Counted from the first letter of the stretch, positions 24,416 through 36,988 are shown. The stretch: 64,000 bases of DNA from Octopus sinensis (GCF_006345805.1 NC_042999.1:78802001-78866000); one strand, 5' to 3'. The notes: generated by a model not told the origin, from the sequence alone. Program-made: numbers and translations.

Positions 24416-25015
24416 CTTTCCTACTCACAGCCAGACATTTTGAGGGAGGGGACCAGTCGATTAGATCGACCCCAGTGAACAACTGGTGCTTAATTTATCG
24501 GCCCCGAAAGGATGAAAAGAAAAGTCGACCTCGGTGGAATTTGAACTCAGAACGTAAAGACAGACGAAATACTGCTAATCATTTCGCCAGGCATGCTAAA
24601 GTTTCTTCCAGCTCGCCGCCTTTGCTACTTTAGGCACAAGGCCCGAAATTTTGGGGGAGGGGCCAGTTGATTAGATCGACCCCAATACGCAACTGATACT
24701 TAAAATGTCAACCCCGAAAGGATGAATGGCAAAGTCAACCCCGGCGGAATTTGAACTCAGAAAGTAAAGACAGATGAAATACCTATTTCTTTACTACTCA
24801 CAAGGGGCTAAACACAGAGAGGACAAACAAGGACAGACAAACGGATTAAGTCGATTATATCGACCCCAGTGCGTAACTGGTACTTATTTAATCGACCCCG
24901 AAAGGATGAAAGGCAAAGTCAACCTCGGCAGAATTTGAATTCAGAACGTAAGGGCAGACGAAATACGGCTACGCATTTCGCCCGGCGTGCTTACGTTTCT
25001 GCCAGCTCGCCGCCC
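24416..25015 (-). mobile_element. SINE family A dimer+monomer composite with 17-bp TSD
   Basis: Dimer 24631-25015 fused to monomer 24416-24626; perfect tatgatcgcggtaaatt at 24399-24415 and 25016-25032. Confidence 0.9.
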
Positions 25016-25149
25016 TATGATCGCGGTAAATTGAAATGTTACCGTTGTCGGTTTTTATTTTTTTGGTCTTTCATTCATGCATAGCGTTTGAGTATCAAAG
25101 TCGATCTAATTCTTTATAACCTTCCCCGCTCTTTGCAAAAAGATTAATA

Positions 25150-25362
25150 TTAGTTTCAAATTTTGGCACAAAGCCAGCAATTTTGAGGGTGGGGTAAGTA
25201 GATTACATCGACTCCAGTGAAGTACTAGTACCTAATCTTTCGGCCCTGAAAAGATGAAAGGCAAAGTCTACCGCGGCCGAATTTGAACTCAGAACGTAAA
25301 GACTGACGAAATACAGTTAAGCATTTTGTCTGCTATGCTAACGATTCTGCCAGCTCGCCGCA
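25150..25362 (-). mobile_element. SINE family A monomer
   Basis: Family A body and head on the minus strand. Confidence 0.85.
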
Positions 25363-25395
25363 TTAATAAAATACTAATATTACAAGTTATATAAG

Positions 25396-25565
25396 GCCAC
25401 CAGCTGGCAGAAACGATAGTAGGCCGGGCAAAATGCTTCGTGGCATTTGATCCGTCTTTGCGTTCTGAGTTCAAATTCCGCCGAGGTTGACTTTGCCTTT
25501 CATCATATAATCGACTTGTCTCCTCCCCTGAAATTGCTGGCCTGGTGCTAAAATTTGAAACCAAT
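25396..25565 (+). mobile_element. SINE family A monomer (internally deleted), head-to-head with the previous copy
   Basis: ccagctggcagaaacgatag..ctgagttcaaattccgccgaggttgactttgcctttcatc. Confidence 0.85.
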
Positions 25566-25901
25566 ATTACACGTTATAATAGTGAGCTCACTGACGTCAG
25601 ATTGAACATATAGTGTAAGAATAATGGGCTTTTACAAGCGGATGTTGATCAGCCTGGGCTATGTTGGAATGTCATAGCCAACTATATCTATTAATTGACT
25701 CTCTGACAGTTGGTAGATATACATAACGAAGACTCACTGACAACGGGAGTAGTATGTGGCTAAATAAGTTGTAACATTCGTTAGGTCCCTTTACTGTCAT
25801 TCTTTCGAGGTCGATAATATAATAACCAGTTGAGCAGTGGAATCAATGCAATCGACTTACCGCTCCCCAAAATTCCTAGCCTTATGCCGAAACTTGAAAC
25901 A

Positions 25902-25949
<48 letters not shown>

Positions 25950-26497
25950 GAGTGAGAGAGCAGTGCATGCCATCAAAGTGACACTGGGGTAAAATATATG
26001 AAGCCCAGTATACCCATCATGACTACACGTCTGATAAGGGTACACCAGGCACATGCATCACAACCATATGTGCGCGACATGGTGATAACAAGATAAACAG
26101 CGCATGACCTTGCGGGTGGGGCCCAGTTAAAATTTTCTTCTGGTCGAGTAGCCCATCCCGCTCAAAAGGTCCCTGATTAAGGGTTGTTTAAGGATGTTGA
26201 ATGAAACACCTATGTTTTCAGAGGTAAATTATTCAAACCCCAAAGAATCTCTCTCAGCACATGGCTATGATGCTCCCCCACTACTTCTGCTCATGATCAG
26301 AGATGCACATATCGCCAGCCCCTAAGGGACATAGTCAACTGGTTAAGGTCAAACAACTGAGAAGCAAATCTGTGGTATTGAGCAGAATATTTGCTACGCC
26401 CATCTTTTATACCAAGACAAATCAATGTACATTATAACACTTCTAGTCAGTTAAGATCAGAAGCCATGAGAGCCGCTGCCTGGTACTGCATGAGGGC

Positions 26498-26499
<2 letters not shown>
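25950..26499 (-). mobile_element. Element E copy 1: ~550-bp non-coding element in an (AAT)n array
   Basis: High similarity to 26568-27123 and 37067-37524; (ATT)n on both sides. Strand inferred from the truncation polarity of copy 3. Confidence 0.8.
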
Positions 26500-26567
<68 letters not shown>

Positions 26568-27123
26568 GAGTGAGAGAGCAGTGCATGCCATCAAAGTGAC
26601 ATTGGGGTAAAATATACGAAGCCCAATATACCCATCATGACTACCCGTCTGATAAAGGTACACCAGGCACATGCATCACAACCATATGTGCGCGACATGG
26701 TGATCTCATATCAAGATAAACAGCACATGACCTTGCAGGTGGGGCCCAGTTAGAATTTTCTTCAGGTTGAGTAGCCCATCCCGCTCAAAAGGTCCCTGAA
26801 TAAGGGTTGTTTAAGGATGTTGAAAGAACCACCCATGTTTCCAGAAGTGAATTATTCAAACCCCAAAGAATCCCTCTCAACACATGGCTATGATGCTCCC
26901 CCACTACTTCTGCTCGTGATCAGAGATGCACATATCGTCAGCCACTAAGGGACATGCTCAACTGGTTATGGTCAAACAACTGACAAGCAAATCTGTGGTA
27001 TTGAGCAGAATATTTGCTGTAGCCCATCTTTTATACCAAAACAAAACAATGTACATGATAACACTTCCAATCAGTTAAGATCAGGAGCCATGAGAGCCTC
27101 TGCCTGGTACTGCATCAGGGCAT
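26568..27123 (-). mobile_element. Element E copy 2
   Basis: Same two boundaries as copy 1; (ATT)n flanks. Confidence 0.8.
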
Positions 27124-27166
27124 CTTATTATTATTATTATTATTGTTATTATTATCATTATTAAAA

Positions 27167-27375
27167 ACGGCGAGCATGTAGAATCCTTAGCATGCCGGGC
27201 GAAATGCGTAGCGGCATTTCGTCTGGCTTTACGTTTTGAGTTTATATTTCGCCGAGGTCGACTTTACCATTTATCCTTTTGGCGTCGATAAATTAAGTAC
27301 CAATGAAACACTGGGATCCATGTAATCGACTAGTTCCCACCTCTAAAATTTCAGTCCTTGTACTTTAATAGAAAG
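27167..27375 (+). mobile_element. SINE family A monomer with (ATT)n tail
   Basis: cggcgagcatgtagaatccttagc..aatagaaaggattattatt. Confidence 0.85.
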
Positions 27376-27376
27376 G

Positions 27377-27470
<94 letters not shown>

Positions 27471-27494
27471 CATTATTATTATTAAACCAATTTT

Positions 27495-27848
27495 TTTACT
27501 ATCCACAAGGGGCTAAACGCAGAGAGGACAAACAAGGATAGACAAACGGATTAAGTCGATTATATCGACCCCAGTGCGTAACTAGTACTTTATTTATCGA
27601 CCCAGAAAGGATGAAAGGCAAAGTCAACCTCGGCGGAATTTGAACTCAGAGCGCAACGGCAGACGAAATACGGCTACGCATTTCGCCCGGCGTGCTAACG
27701 TTTCTGCCAGCTCGCCGCCTTAAACCATCGTTAGCAGCATTTCGTCAATTCTTATGTTCTGAGTTCAAATTCTACCGAGGTCGACTTTGCCTTTCAACAT
27801 TAAGGGGTCGATGAAATAAACACCACCCCTCCTTGTGCTTGTAGTAGA

Positions 27849-27850
<2 letters not shown>
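27495..27850. mobile_element. SINE family A: first unit of a dimer (minus, 27495-27722) head-to-head with a decayed plus copy (27730-27850)
   Basis: cacaaggggctaaac..gccagctcgccgcct, followed by ..ttctgagttcaaattctaccgaggtcgactttgcc. Confidence 0.8.
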
Positions 27851-27920
<70 letters not shown>

Positions 27921-27922
<2 letters not shown>

Positions 27923-28439
27923 GTTTTCTAAGACCAAAACAATAAAGTTTGCTTATTGATCGACATGAGCATCCCAAGACCAAAACAATAAAGTTTGCTT
28001 ATTGATCGACATGAGCATCCCCTGTGATCATAATATCTCAGCGAAAGAGTTTGACAAGCTCAGAAAATATAAAGACTTACTCATTGAAATTGAGAAAATG
28101 TGGCATCTCAAGGCGGTTACAATAACAGTGATCGTAGGAGCACTAGGAATGATCAAGAAGGGAACCGAAAATTATATGAGAATGATCCCTGGCTTACCAT
28201 CCCTGCAAGAAGTGCAAAAGATTGTCTTAACTGGTACATCACACGTATTGAGAAGAGCATTGTCGATGTGAGAACTGTTGCTGCTCATGTATTTTAATTT
28301 AACTTTAAAAAAAAAAAAAATGAACGAACTACTGAGGAGTTTGGTTTAATGGCCTACCAATGTATACTATGAGTTTCTTTGCCCTAGGAGTCGGGAAGAC
28401 ACTCGGCAAGAAATGGAAGCAAATTTGAAAGAAAAAAAA

Positions 28440-28440
<1 letters not shown>
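27921..28440 (+). mobile_element. 5'-truncated Dong/R4 LINE (RLE domain + 3' UTR) in a (TAA)n array
   Basis: Intact frame KVCLLIDMSIPCDHNISAKEFDKLRKYKDLLIEIEKMWHLKAVTITVIVGALGMIKK..LQEVQKIVLTGTSHVLRRALSM* (stop 28271); (TAA)n on both sides. Dong-type elements are known to target TAA repeats. Confidence 0.9.
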
Positions 28441-28750
<310 letters not shown>

Positions 28751-29425
28751 ATTAAGCCATCATTAGTGGGAGGAGTGATAAGCTTTCTGTGAAGAAGAGC
28801 CATTAAATTTCGAATGGTCACTGTCTCATCAGAATGCAGCATCTGTTGGCTTGTGGCGGCTCTTCTGGCTAAAAATGCGCCAAAAAAAAAAAAAAAGCAT
28901 TAGACAAATTAGACAAATACAAGGATGAAACGCCTGACCCAAACAGACGAAGGAGTTTGCAAGCCATTAGTAAGCAACGAAAATATAAAATAGCTCCATG
29001 TAAAGTACGTAGTTTCGAGAAGGATCATGAAAGAAATCCACATTTTAAAATTTAGTTAAATCGTTTTTTTCTAAAAAAAAAAGTGAAGAAAAAGACCAGC
29101 TTCTGTAAAATACATTTCGATTTAAACAAAATGTTGGGATGAGAGTAGGAAAAGCAGGACAGACTTAAAAATAAAACAATGTAGGAATGGAAGAAATAAA
29201 GCAATAAATAATGAAACATAAAAAATAAATAAGGAAGGAAGGAATTCTTTTCCATTCAACAGTAAAATGATTCTTCCAGACATTGGTAAAAATCGTTCTT
29301 GTAGAATGATCCGTAAAAATACGTTGCAGTTAAATAATATATGCTTGTATGTATGTATGTATGTATGTATGTATGTATGTATGTATGTATGTATGTATGT
29401 ACGTATGTATGCATGCATGTATATA

Positions 29426-29462
<37 letters not shown>

Positions 29463-30408
29463 CCAAATACATGTATGTATGCGTGTGTGTGTGTGTGTGT
29501 GTGTGTATTATGTATTTATAAAGGTATATATATATATATAGAGAGAGAGAGGCAGCTTTTGGTGGTCCAAATCAGATATGCAATCTATGTGGGTGCCTTT
29601 TCAATACATTGTCTGGTTTAAAAAGCTACATCAGACGCCATGATGGATCTAAGATGTAGGCGCAGGAGGTGGTCAGACTCACCATAAGGAGTAGACAGCC
29701 ACTATATATATATATATGTATTTATACATACATGTATATGCCTGTATTTCAAAATGTAGTTTCATGTGGATTGTTGGCGATCTTTTCTTCCGTTTTTTTG
29801 TCTTGGACTTTCCTCTGTCTCCTGTTTCAAAAAAGAGTTTTGCTCTAAACGTTAAGCAATCTTTCCTTCCTTCCCTGAGCGTCTTTCAATATTTGCATGT
29901 ACCACGTCCACGCATTGTTGTTTTTTCTTGTAGCGTTTTTCCTTCATTTTATTTTTATTAATTATACACAGACACACAGACACACAGACACACAAACACA
30001 CACACACAAACACACTTCCGAAATATTTCTATGTATTTTTATATGTATGTATGTATGTATGTATGTGTGTATGTATGTATGTATGTATGTATGTATGTAT
30101 GTATGTATGTATGTATGTATGTATGTGCGCGTGTGTAATATATGCTTTCATAGAATCGTGTGGCTATCACAGAAAGCTCCTCTAGTGGACTCGGCTAACA
30201 GATCACATAGAAATGCATTACATAGGAGTATAATGCCGAGTCTCATGCTACTGAAATCCAGATCCGTTCGATGAAACAATTTAATGAGGAGTATATAAAC
30301 CATAAAAACTCAGGAGGTATGAGAGTTGAATGTTTTTACTTAACCACGTTCATCCTTAGGGTTACGGCGGTTTCACAGCCTTTTCATGTAATTATAATTT
30401 CAGTGTGT

Positions 30409-31052
30409 AAGCCATGCGAGCAGGTAGAAACGTTAACACGCCGGGCGAAATGCTTAACTGTATTTCGTCTGCCGCTACGTTCTGAGTTCAAATTCCTCCG
30501 AGGTTGACTTTGCCTTTCATCCTTTCGGGGTCGATTAAATAAGAACCAATTACGCACTGGGGTCGATATAATCGACTTAATCCGTTTGTCTGTCCTTGTT
30601 TGTCCTCTCTGTGTTTAGCCCCTTGTAGGTAGTAAAGAAATAGGTATTTTGTTTGCCTTTACATTCTGAGTTCAAATTCCGCCGAGGTCGACTTTGCCTT
30701 TTATCCTTTCAGGGTCGATAAATTAAGTACCAGCTGCGTACTGGAGTCGATCTAATCGATTGGCTCCCTCCCCCAAAATTTCGGGCCTTGTTCCCAGAGT
30801 AGACAAGAATAAATATGTATACAGGAAATTTTTTTAAGAAGGTGACGAGCTGGGAGAAACGTTAGCACGCCGGGCGAAATGCTTAGCTGTATTTCGTGTC
30901 TTTACATCCTAAGTTCAAATTCCTCCGAAGGTCGACTTTGCCTTTCATCTTTTCGGGGTCGATAAACTAAGTATCAGTTGCGTACTGGATTCGATCTAAT
31001 CGATTGGCCCCCTCCCCAAAAGTTTTGGGCCTTGCGCCTAGAGTAGAAAAGA
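30409..31052 (+). mobile_element. SINE family A dimer+spacer+monomer composite with 15-bp TSD
   Basis: Dimer ~30410-30810, ~28-bp spacer, monomer ~30839-31052; ataatttcagtgtgt at 30394-30408 and 31053-31067. Confidence 0.85.
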
Positions 31053-31254
31053 ATAATTTCAGTGTGTGATAAATTATGCTTATATGCCTGCAGTAATATG
31101 CATGCTACGCGTTGCACAATACAATTTTCTATTCCCAAATGAATACAGATAACGAAAGCTCGCTCATCAGATTCCCAGAATATCATAGTTACACACCTCT
31201 CATACCTCCTGACTATTGTATCTTTTATATTTTCAGTCTTTTATCCATTACCTT

Positions 31255-31625
31255 TTACTTTTATCAGTCATTTGACTGCAGCCACCGCCTTGAAGGGCTT
31301 TAGTCGGACAAATCCACCCCAGGACTTTTTTTAGGCTTAGTACTTATTGTATCGGACTCATAGGCCGAACCGCTAAGTTACGAGGACGTAAACACACCAA
31401 CATCTGATGTCAAGCGATGGTCAGCGACAAACACAGACACACAAACGTTTATATGCGACGGGCTTCTTTCTGTTACCGTCGATCAAATCCAATCAAAAGA
31501 TTTTGTTCAGTCCGAGGCTATAGCAGAAGACAGTTGCCCAAGGTGCCACGCAGTGGGACTGAACCCGCCACCATGTCGTTGGGAAGCAAGGTTCTTACCA
31601 TTCAGTCATACCTACACCTACATTG
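31255..31625 (-). mobile_element. SINE family B
   Basis: Reverse complement of the family B head (gtgggactgaacc, ttgcccaagg) and tail (cagtcatttgactgc). Confidence 0.85.
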
Positions 31626-31679
31626 ATGCTGGGGTTCAACCGGGATGTGTGTGTGTGTATATATATATATACATATATC

Positions 31680-31875
31680 CATGTGCTGAAAAGTTCCTGG
31701 ATTTAAGAGTTTCGCAAAAGGCCTCGCTGGAGGACCTACATGTCGAGTTCTTTTACAGGACTTAGAAAAACTGAAGGGTGTAAGTCTGAGAGGGGAATAT
31801 GTAGAATAAAATCATGATTAACTGACCCACATGTATTTTCTTTTGTTCATACGCAGGAATTTTTGCTGCACCCAC
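31680..31875 (+). mobile_element. Internally deleted mariner derivative (MITE-like)
   Basis: TIR-like gtgctgaaaagttcctgg ... caggaatttttgctgcacc; contains aggggaatatgtagaataa (RGEYVE*), the mariner transposase C-terminus. Confidence 0.65.
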
Positions 31876-31882
31876 TCCTGTG

Positions 31883-31917
<35 letters not shown>

Positions 31918-32040
31918 CACACATATATATATGTATATGTATACATACATACATATATATGTGTTTGTGTATACATGCATACATGTGGTGTGTGTGTGTG
32001 TATATGCTTGTATGTAAGTATATATATGTATATATATATA

Positions 32041-32103
<63 letters not shown>

Positions 32104-32967
32104 GTATATACATATTTAAAAACAACTCACATGTGGAAAATGTGGAAATATATTAATACTGATACTGCAAAATATTTTCTCCGGGCCTTTACCGATTCTG
32201 CCTGTCCAACATCCTCGACTTCAATGATATACTGATTTTTGAGACATACAGATAGGAAGACGATACGAAAGAAGAACCGCACCTACCACACCAACGACAT
32301 CGTGATCACCACCACCACCACCACCACCAGTAACACCACCACTACTGTCAGTACCACACCATCACCACTATCAGCACATGCACACACACACTCACGCAGA
32401 GACGCGCACACACACACTCACGCAGAGACGCGCACACACAAAAAAGACAGTTCAAAGTAAGTATATGAAAATATAACCAAAAACACAATATACCAACACA
32501 AATCAAATATAAAGAAACAACGTCATAAGACAACAGATTGTTTCTGTAAATTATTTACAGAATCCTTGTGCTGCGATCATTTCCCGTCTTGTCATAGCTT
32601 GTGGTTGACATAGCGGTTTACTTTTAAATTGTTAAAGCTTTAAGCAACCACAAACAATAAAAGCTCCGTTAGAAAAGACAATAAACGTTTTGCTCGTTCA
32701 TTTTTTTCTTCTTCTTCTTTTTCTCCCCTGTCAAAATAATATCACCAAGAGAAAAAAAAATGTTACTTTTATTATTTTTTTTCTTCTGTCCCTATTATTA
32801 ACGTATGTCGTTGTCATCGTCGTCATCATCATCATCATCAATCATCATCATCATCATCATCATCGTCACGGTCGTCAAGCTGTTGTCATATTCATATATT
32901 ATACGCTATACCCATCTGTGTCTCTCTCCATATGTGTGTATTTGTTTGTGTGCATGCGTGTGTGTAT

Positions 32968-33048
<81 letters not shown>

Positions 33049-33139
33049 CCTCACACACACACACACACTCGCACGCACTTGCACGCACGCATACACATAC
33101 ACGTATTTACATATACATGCTGCCTTTATGTATGCATCT

Positions 33140-34290
33140 AAAGGAGACAAGCTGGCAGAATTGTTACCGCACGGGCATGCTTAACGGCATTTCATCCGGC
33201 TGTACCATTCTGAGTTCAAATGCCGCCGGGGTCGACTTTGCCTTTCTTCTTTTCGCGATCGATAAAATATGTACCAGTTGAAAAATGAGGTCGATTTAAT
33301 CGACTTACACTCATGCCCAAAATCACTGGTTTTGTGCCAATATATATATATATAAAGTATATATATATAAATAATTTATTCTTAAAAGCATTATAATGCT
33401 AATACAATAGCATGAACAAAATAAACTATTCATATATTGCAGAAAAAATCCTTCCTATTGTATTAGCATTATCATGCGTTTAAGAATACATTATTTTTGT
33501 ATCTTTCAATACATCTCAACGCTTCTAAAGCGTTCCGCCGATTTTGCAAATCATTTTAACTTTTATAATTTAGACTGAAGAAATCAGCGACCTGGCAGAA
33601 TCGTTTGCACGCCGGGCAAAATGCTTAAGAGGCATTTCGTCCGATTTTACGAATTGAGTTCAGATTCCGTCGGGGTTGATAAAATAAGTAGTAGTTGATT
33701 ATTGGAGTCGATGTAATCGACTAAGCTCTCCACCGAAATTGCTGGCCTTGTGTCAAAATTAAAAAACATTATTTAGATCCAACAGGCGGCGTATGGCAGG
33801 ATCGTAAGTGAACCGGACACAATGCTTAGCAGCATTTCTTCTGTCTTTACGTTCTGAGTACACATTCTACAGAGGTCGACTTTACCTTTCATCTTTTGGA
33901 GTTCGATAAAATAAGTCCCAGTTGTACAACGTGGATGATGTAATCCACTTACTTCTCTTAAACTGCTAGTCTTGTGCTAAAATTTGAAAGCATTATTCAG
34001 ACCGAAGTATTGAATAAACCTATACACCCCTTTATTCAATACCTTTGTAACCTTCATACCTCTCCTCTACTTAAATTTAAATAACGATAATCAATGTAAT
34101 ACTTAATTCTCTAAGCGACATTTCTTCAGTCTCTTTACGTTTTGAGCTCAAACTCCGCCGAGGTCGACTTTGTCTTTCATCCATTTTGGGATCAATAAAC
34201 TAAGTATTACTCATGTACTGAGCTCGATGTAATCAATCATATCCTTCTCCTAAACTTGCTGACCTTCTGTCAAAAACTGAAACCGTTACT
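33140..34290 (+). mobile_element. Cluster of four diverged SINE family A monomers (~33140-33345, 33585-33770, 33783-33990, 34115-34290)
   Basis: Each has gctggcagaat/gagttcaaat/gtcgacttt/gtcgatgtaatcga motifs. Confidence 0.8.
33374..33491. repeat. Inverted repeat, 37-bp arms
   Basis: atttattcttaaaagcattataatgctaatacaatag versus ctattgtattagcattatcatgcgtttaagaatacat. Confidence 0.75.
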
Positions 34291-35399
34291 TACACCAAAT
34301 CATTGAATGAACTTATCCCAAATCCTTGTAGCATTCATGCATCTTCTTTACTCATATTTAAGTAACAATACTCAATGCAATCTATTTGATCCTTATTTTT
34401 TACTTATGTACATATACTTACTTTATAATGAAAATTATTTTCATGTAAACTTTAAACCTACAACTCGTATTGTGTATCAAAGAGGTAATTGTCTTTGTTA
34501 GGGACAACAATAAACCCTTTTTCTTCCACCACACCAAATAAATACACACATATTCAAACAACCCTTCTCTGCCACACACAAACTAATAAAGCATGAATGA
34601 TATAAAATAAGAACAACACACAAGCGATATGAGGAGTCCTCAATGAACTTAAGGTCAAAAATTAAAGGCTCTCCAGTTGTTTTAATAGTTTGTGTGTGCG
34701 TGTTTGGATTGTCTCCTCTAATGGTTTCTTTCCTATGTATTGTTTGTTGTCTTCTAACAGCGGAAACTGAGATTTATCATACAATCCTCCATCCCGTTTA
34801 TTTCACTAAATTTGTTTACTGATATTTTCATACAAGTCAAAGGTGGTTATTCGTGGTATGTCGTTTAACCAAACTAATGATATATCTGACCAGCTATTTA
34901 TCAGTTCATACTCACTGAACAAAAACTAATACGCGTGTGTGTTTGTGTATGTATATGCGTGTACGTGTTGTGTGTGTGTTTAGTGTGTATGTTTGTGTAT
35001 GTATATATGTGTGTATATGTATGTGTGTGTGTTGAGTGTATGTGTGTTGTGCGTTGAGTGTGTTCGCGTTTGTGTGCGTATATGTGTATGTGTATACGTG
35101 TGCGTGTGTGTGCGCTCGCGCGCGCACACAGATACCGGTCATTTATTTATAATTGTATGAACGGCGGCAGCAGATTAAATTAATGAGACGTTTGAGCGGA
35201 AATGGTCTGGTGGTACGTTATCCGGAACGTGGAACAAATACCGCAGTCCGGAGGTTCGTGCCTGTGAACTGTTTTAGATTCCTGCTTAAAAACCATACCA
35301 TTTTACTTCACTTACGCCACACTTCCTATTCCTCATATCTCTCAAACATTTTAGAACACAAGCAATACAATATTTTATTCTAAGGGTTATGACTATTAT

Positions 35400-35560
35400 A
35401 AGACGGCGAGCTGCGAGCAAATGCTTAACGGCATTTCCTATGATTTTTATGCTTTGATTTTAAATGCTGTCAAAGTCGACTTTATCATTCGTCCTTTCGG
35501 GGTCATTGAAACGAGTAGCGGTTGAGCACTGGGGTCGATGTAATTGACTCTCCTCTTCCC
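35400..35560 (+). mobile_element. Decayed SINE family A monomer
   Basis: ggcgagctg..gtcgactttatcattcgtcctttcggggtc..cactggggtcgatgtaattgact. Confidence 0.7.
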
Positions 35561-36425
35561 TTCAATATTGCATGCCTTCTGCCGAAGATAAGTTTAATTT
35601 GATCCACTTTGGAAAAGAGGATACTCTGAAACTACCATATGCCCTTCCCCCGGGAGACTCACTAGTGTCGTCCAGCAACACAAGAGGCCTTGGAGTAATT
35701 GTTGATAACAATCTAAGCTGGGGTTCCCACGTAAACAGCAAAGATGACTTGGCTCGCAAGATTTGCTCCAGGATTCTGAGAACTTTCCGGTCTAGGGATG
35801 CCTACAACATCATCCCTCTCTACTCTACTTTTGCCCGACCCCATGTTGTATACTGATGTCCCCCCCCCATACGAAGCAACTCATTATGAAAGCAGAAGCA
35901 CTCCAGAGGTCAATAACAAGAAAGATAGACGGCATAAAAGGCTTTGATTATTGGGGTCGACTTAAAAACTCAATCTCTACTCTCTCCATCGTAGCCGGGA
36001 GCGCTACATCATTTATGTAATGTGGAAAATATTCCATCAATATTGCACAAATGATGTTGGCATCAATTTTAAAATCCATCCAAAACTTGGCCGCTGTGCT
36101 ATACGCCCACCGCAAGGATCGGACTCGGTACACATAGCAACATTACAACGTAACTACTTTATCTCAACCGGTCCAGCTCTCTTTAATATTACACCAAAAT
36201 ACATCAAAACAGAAACAGATCCCATAAAATTCTTAACTTCTCTGGACAAATTTCCCCAAAAAATGCCGGACCAACCTCCTACACCTGGATATGTCTCCAA
36301 CAAGAATAAATCTTTGCTAGGGTGGGCTATGGTGTCCCATATATGATTGAGGTGTGAATCGCGATTTAAAAGATTTTACCAGGTACTATTGAGTTAGATA
36401 TGGCCTATACTGGCCGAAGCCTATC
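35560..36425 (+). mobile_element. CR1-type LINE 3' fragment
   Basis: KFNLIHFG..RGLGVIVDNNLSW..RILRTFRSR..YSTFARPHVVY; ..TGPALFNITPKYIK..SLDKFPQKMPDQPPTPGY. Confidence 0.85.
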
Positions 36426-36877
36426 TCAGTTATCTAAGTTATATCAGAATTTAATTCACACGAGCTACACTCAAGTCTCAACCAGAGATATCAAAGGATA
36501 AGTTTTTTCATCTAAAAATGCTGACAGGTGAGGAGCCATGCAATTGAAATTTATGTGAAAAACATCTCTTTATATAATTTTATAACACAGGTTGCATTTA
36601 TTTTAGAGAGGAATTTACATAAGACATGCAACGCAAGTCTGATAATTTGGGGCTTCCTGGAATTTGGACTACGTATTAGTTTGCTCCTTTTGATATCACT
36701 CCAAGTGTCTCTGTGACAATAAGTCGTATTATTGTTTTGAATGTAGAAATATACTTTTGTTATTTAGGGTTGCAACAGCAATCAAATGACAAATCTTTCC
36801 AACATGGTTTTTCATACATTATTTACATTATTTACATTACTTACATTCCACGGATATTTGTCATCATCTTGTTTGTT

Positions 36878-36928
36878 GTTAATACATCGTTTCGGCTGAT
36901 TTTTCTTCCAGCCTTCTTCAGTTGTCTT
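36878..36928 (-). ncRNA. Hammerhead-like motif (canonical core + extra A, weak stem I)
   Basis: CUGAAGA-A-GGCUG-gaagaaaaau-CAGCC-GAAA-CGAU-GUA; stem I has only 2 bp next to the core. Confidence 0.5.
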
Positions 36929-36988
36929 GGGGAATTTTCGAACCTGGGTTCCCATTCCTGAGGTAGTTTTCGATGTTATTATTATTAC

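Noticed and set aside
28801-28837. CTGATGA..GAAA on the minus strand
   Set aside because: Stem II is only 2 bp and stem III cannot form; compatible with chance.
32160-32300. [11 protein letters not shown] (GOLD-domain-like) on +, and [13 protein letters not shown] on -
   Set aside because: The plus frame has a stop just upstream and no acceptor AG; the minus candidate has ambiguous splice sites and no recognisable homology.
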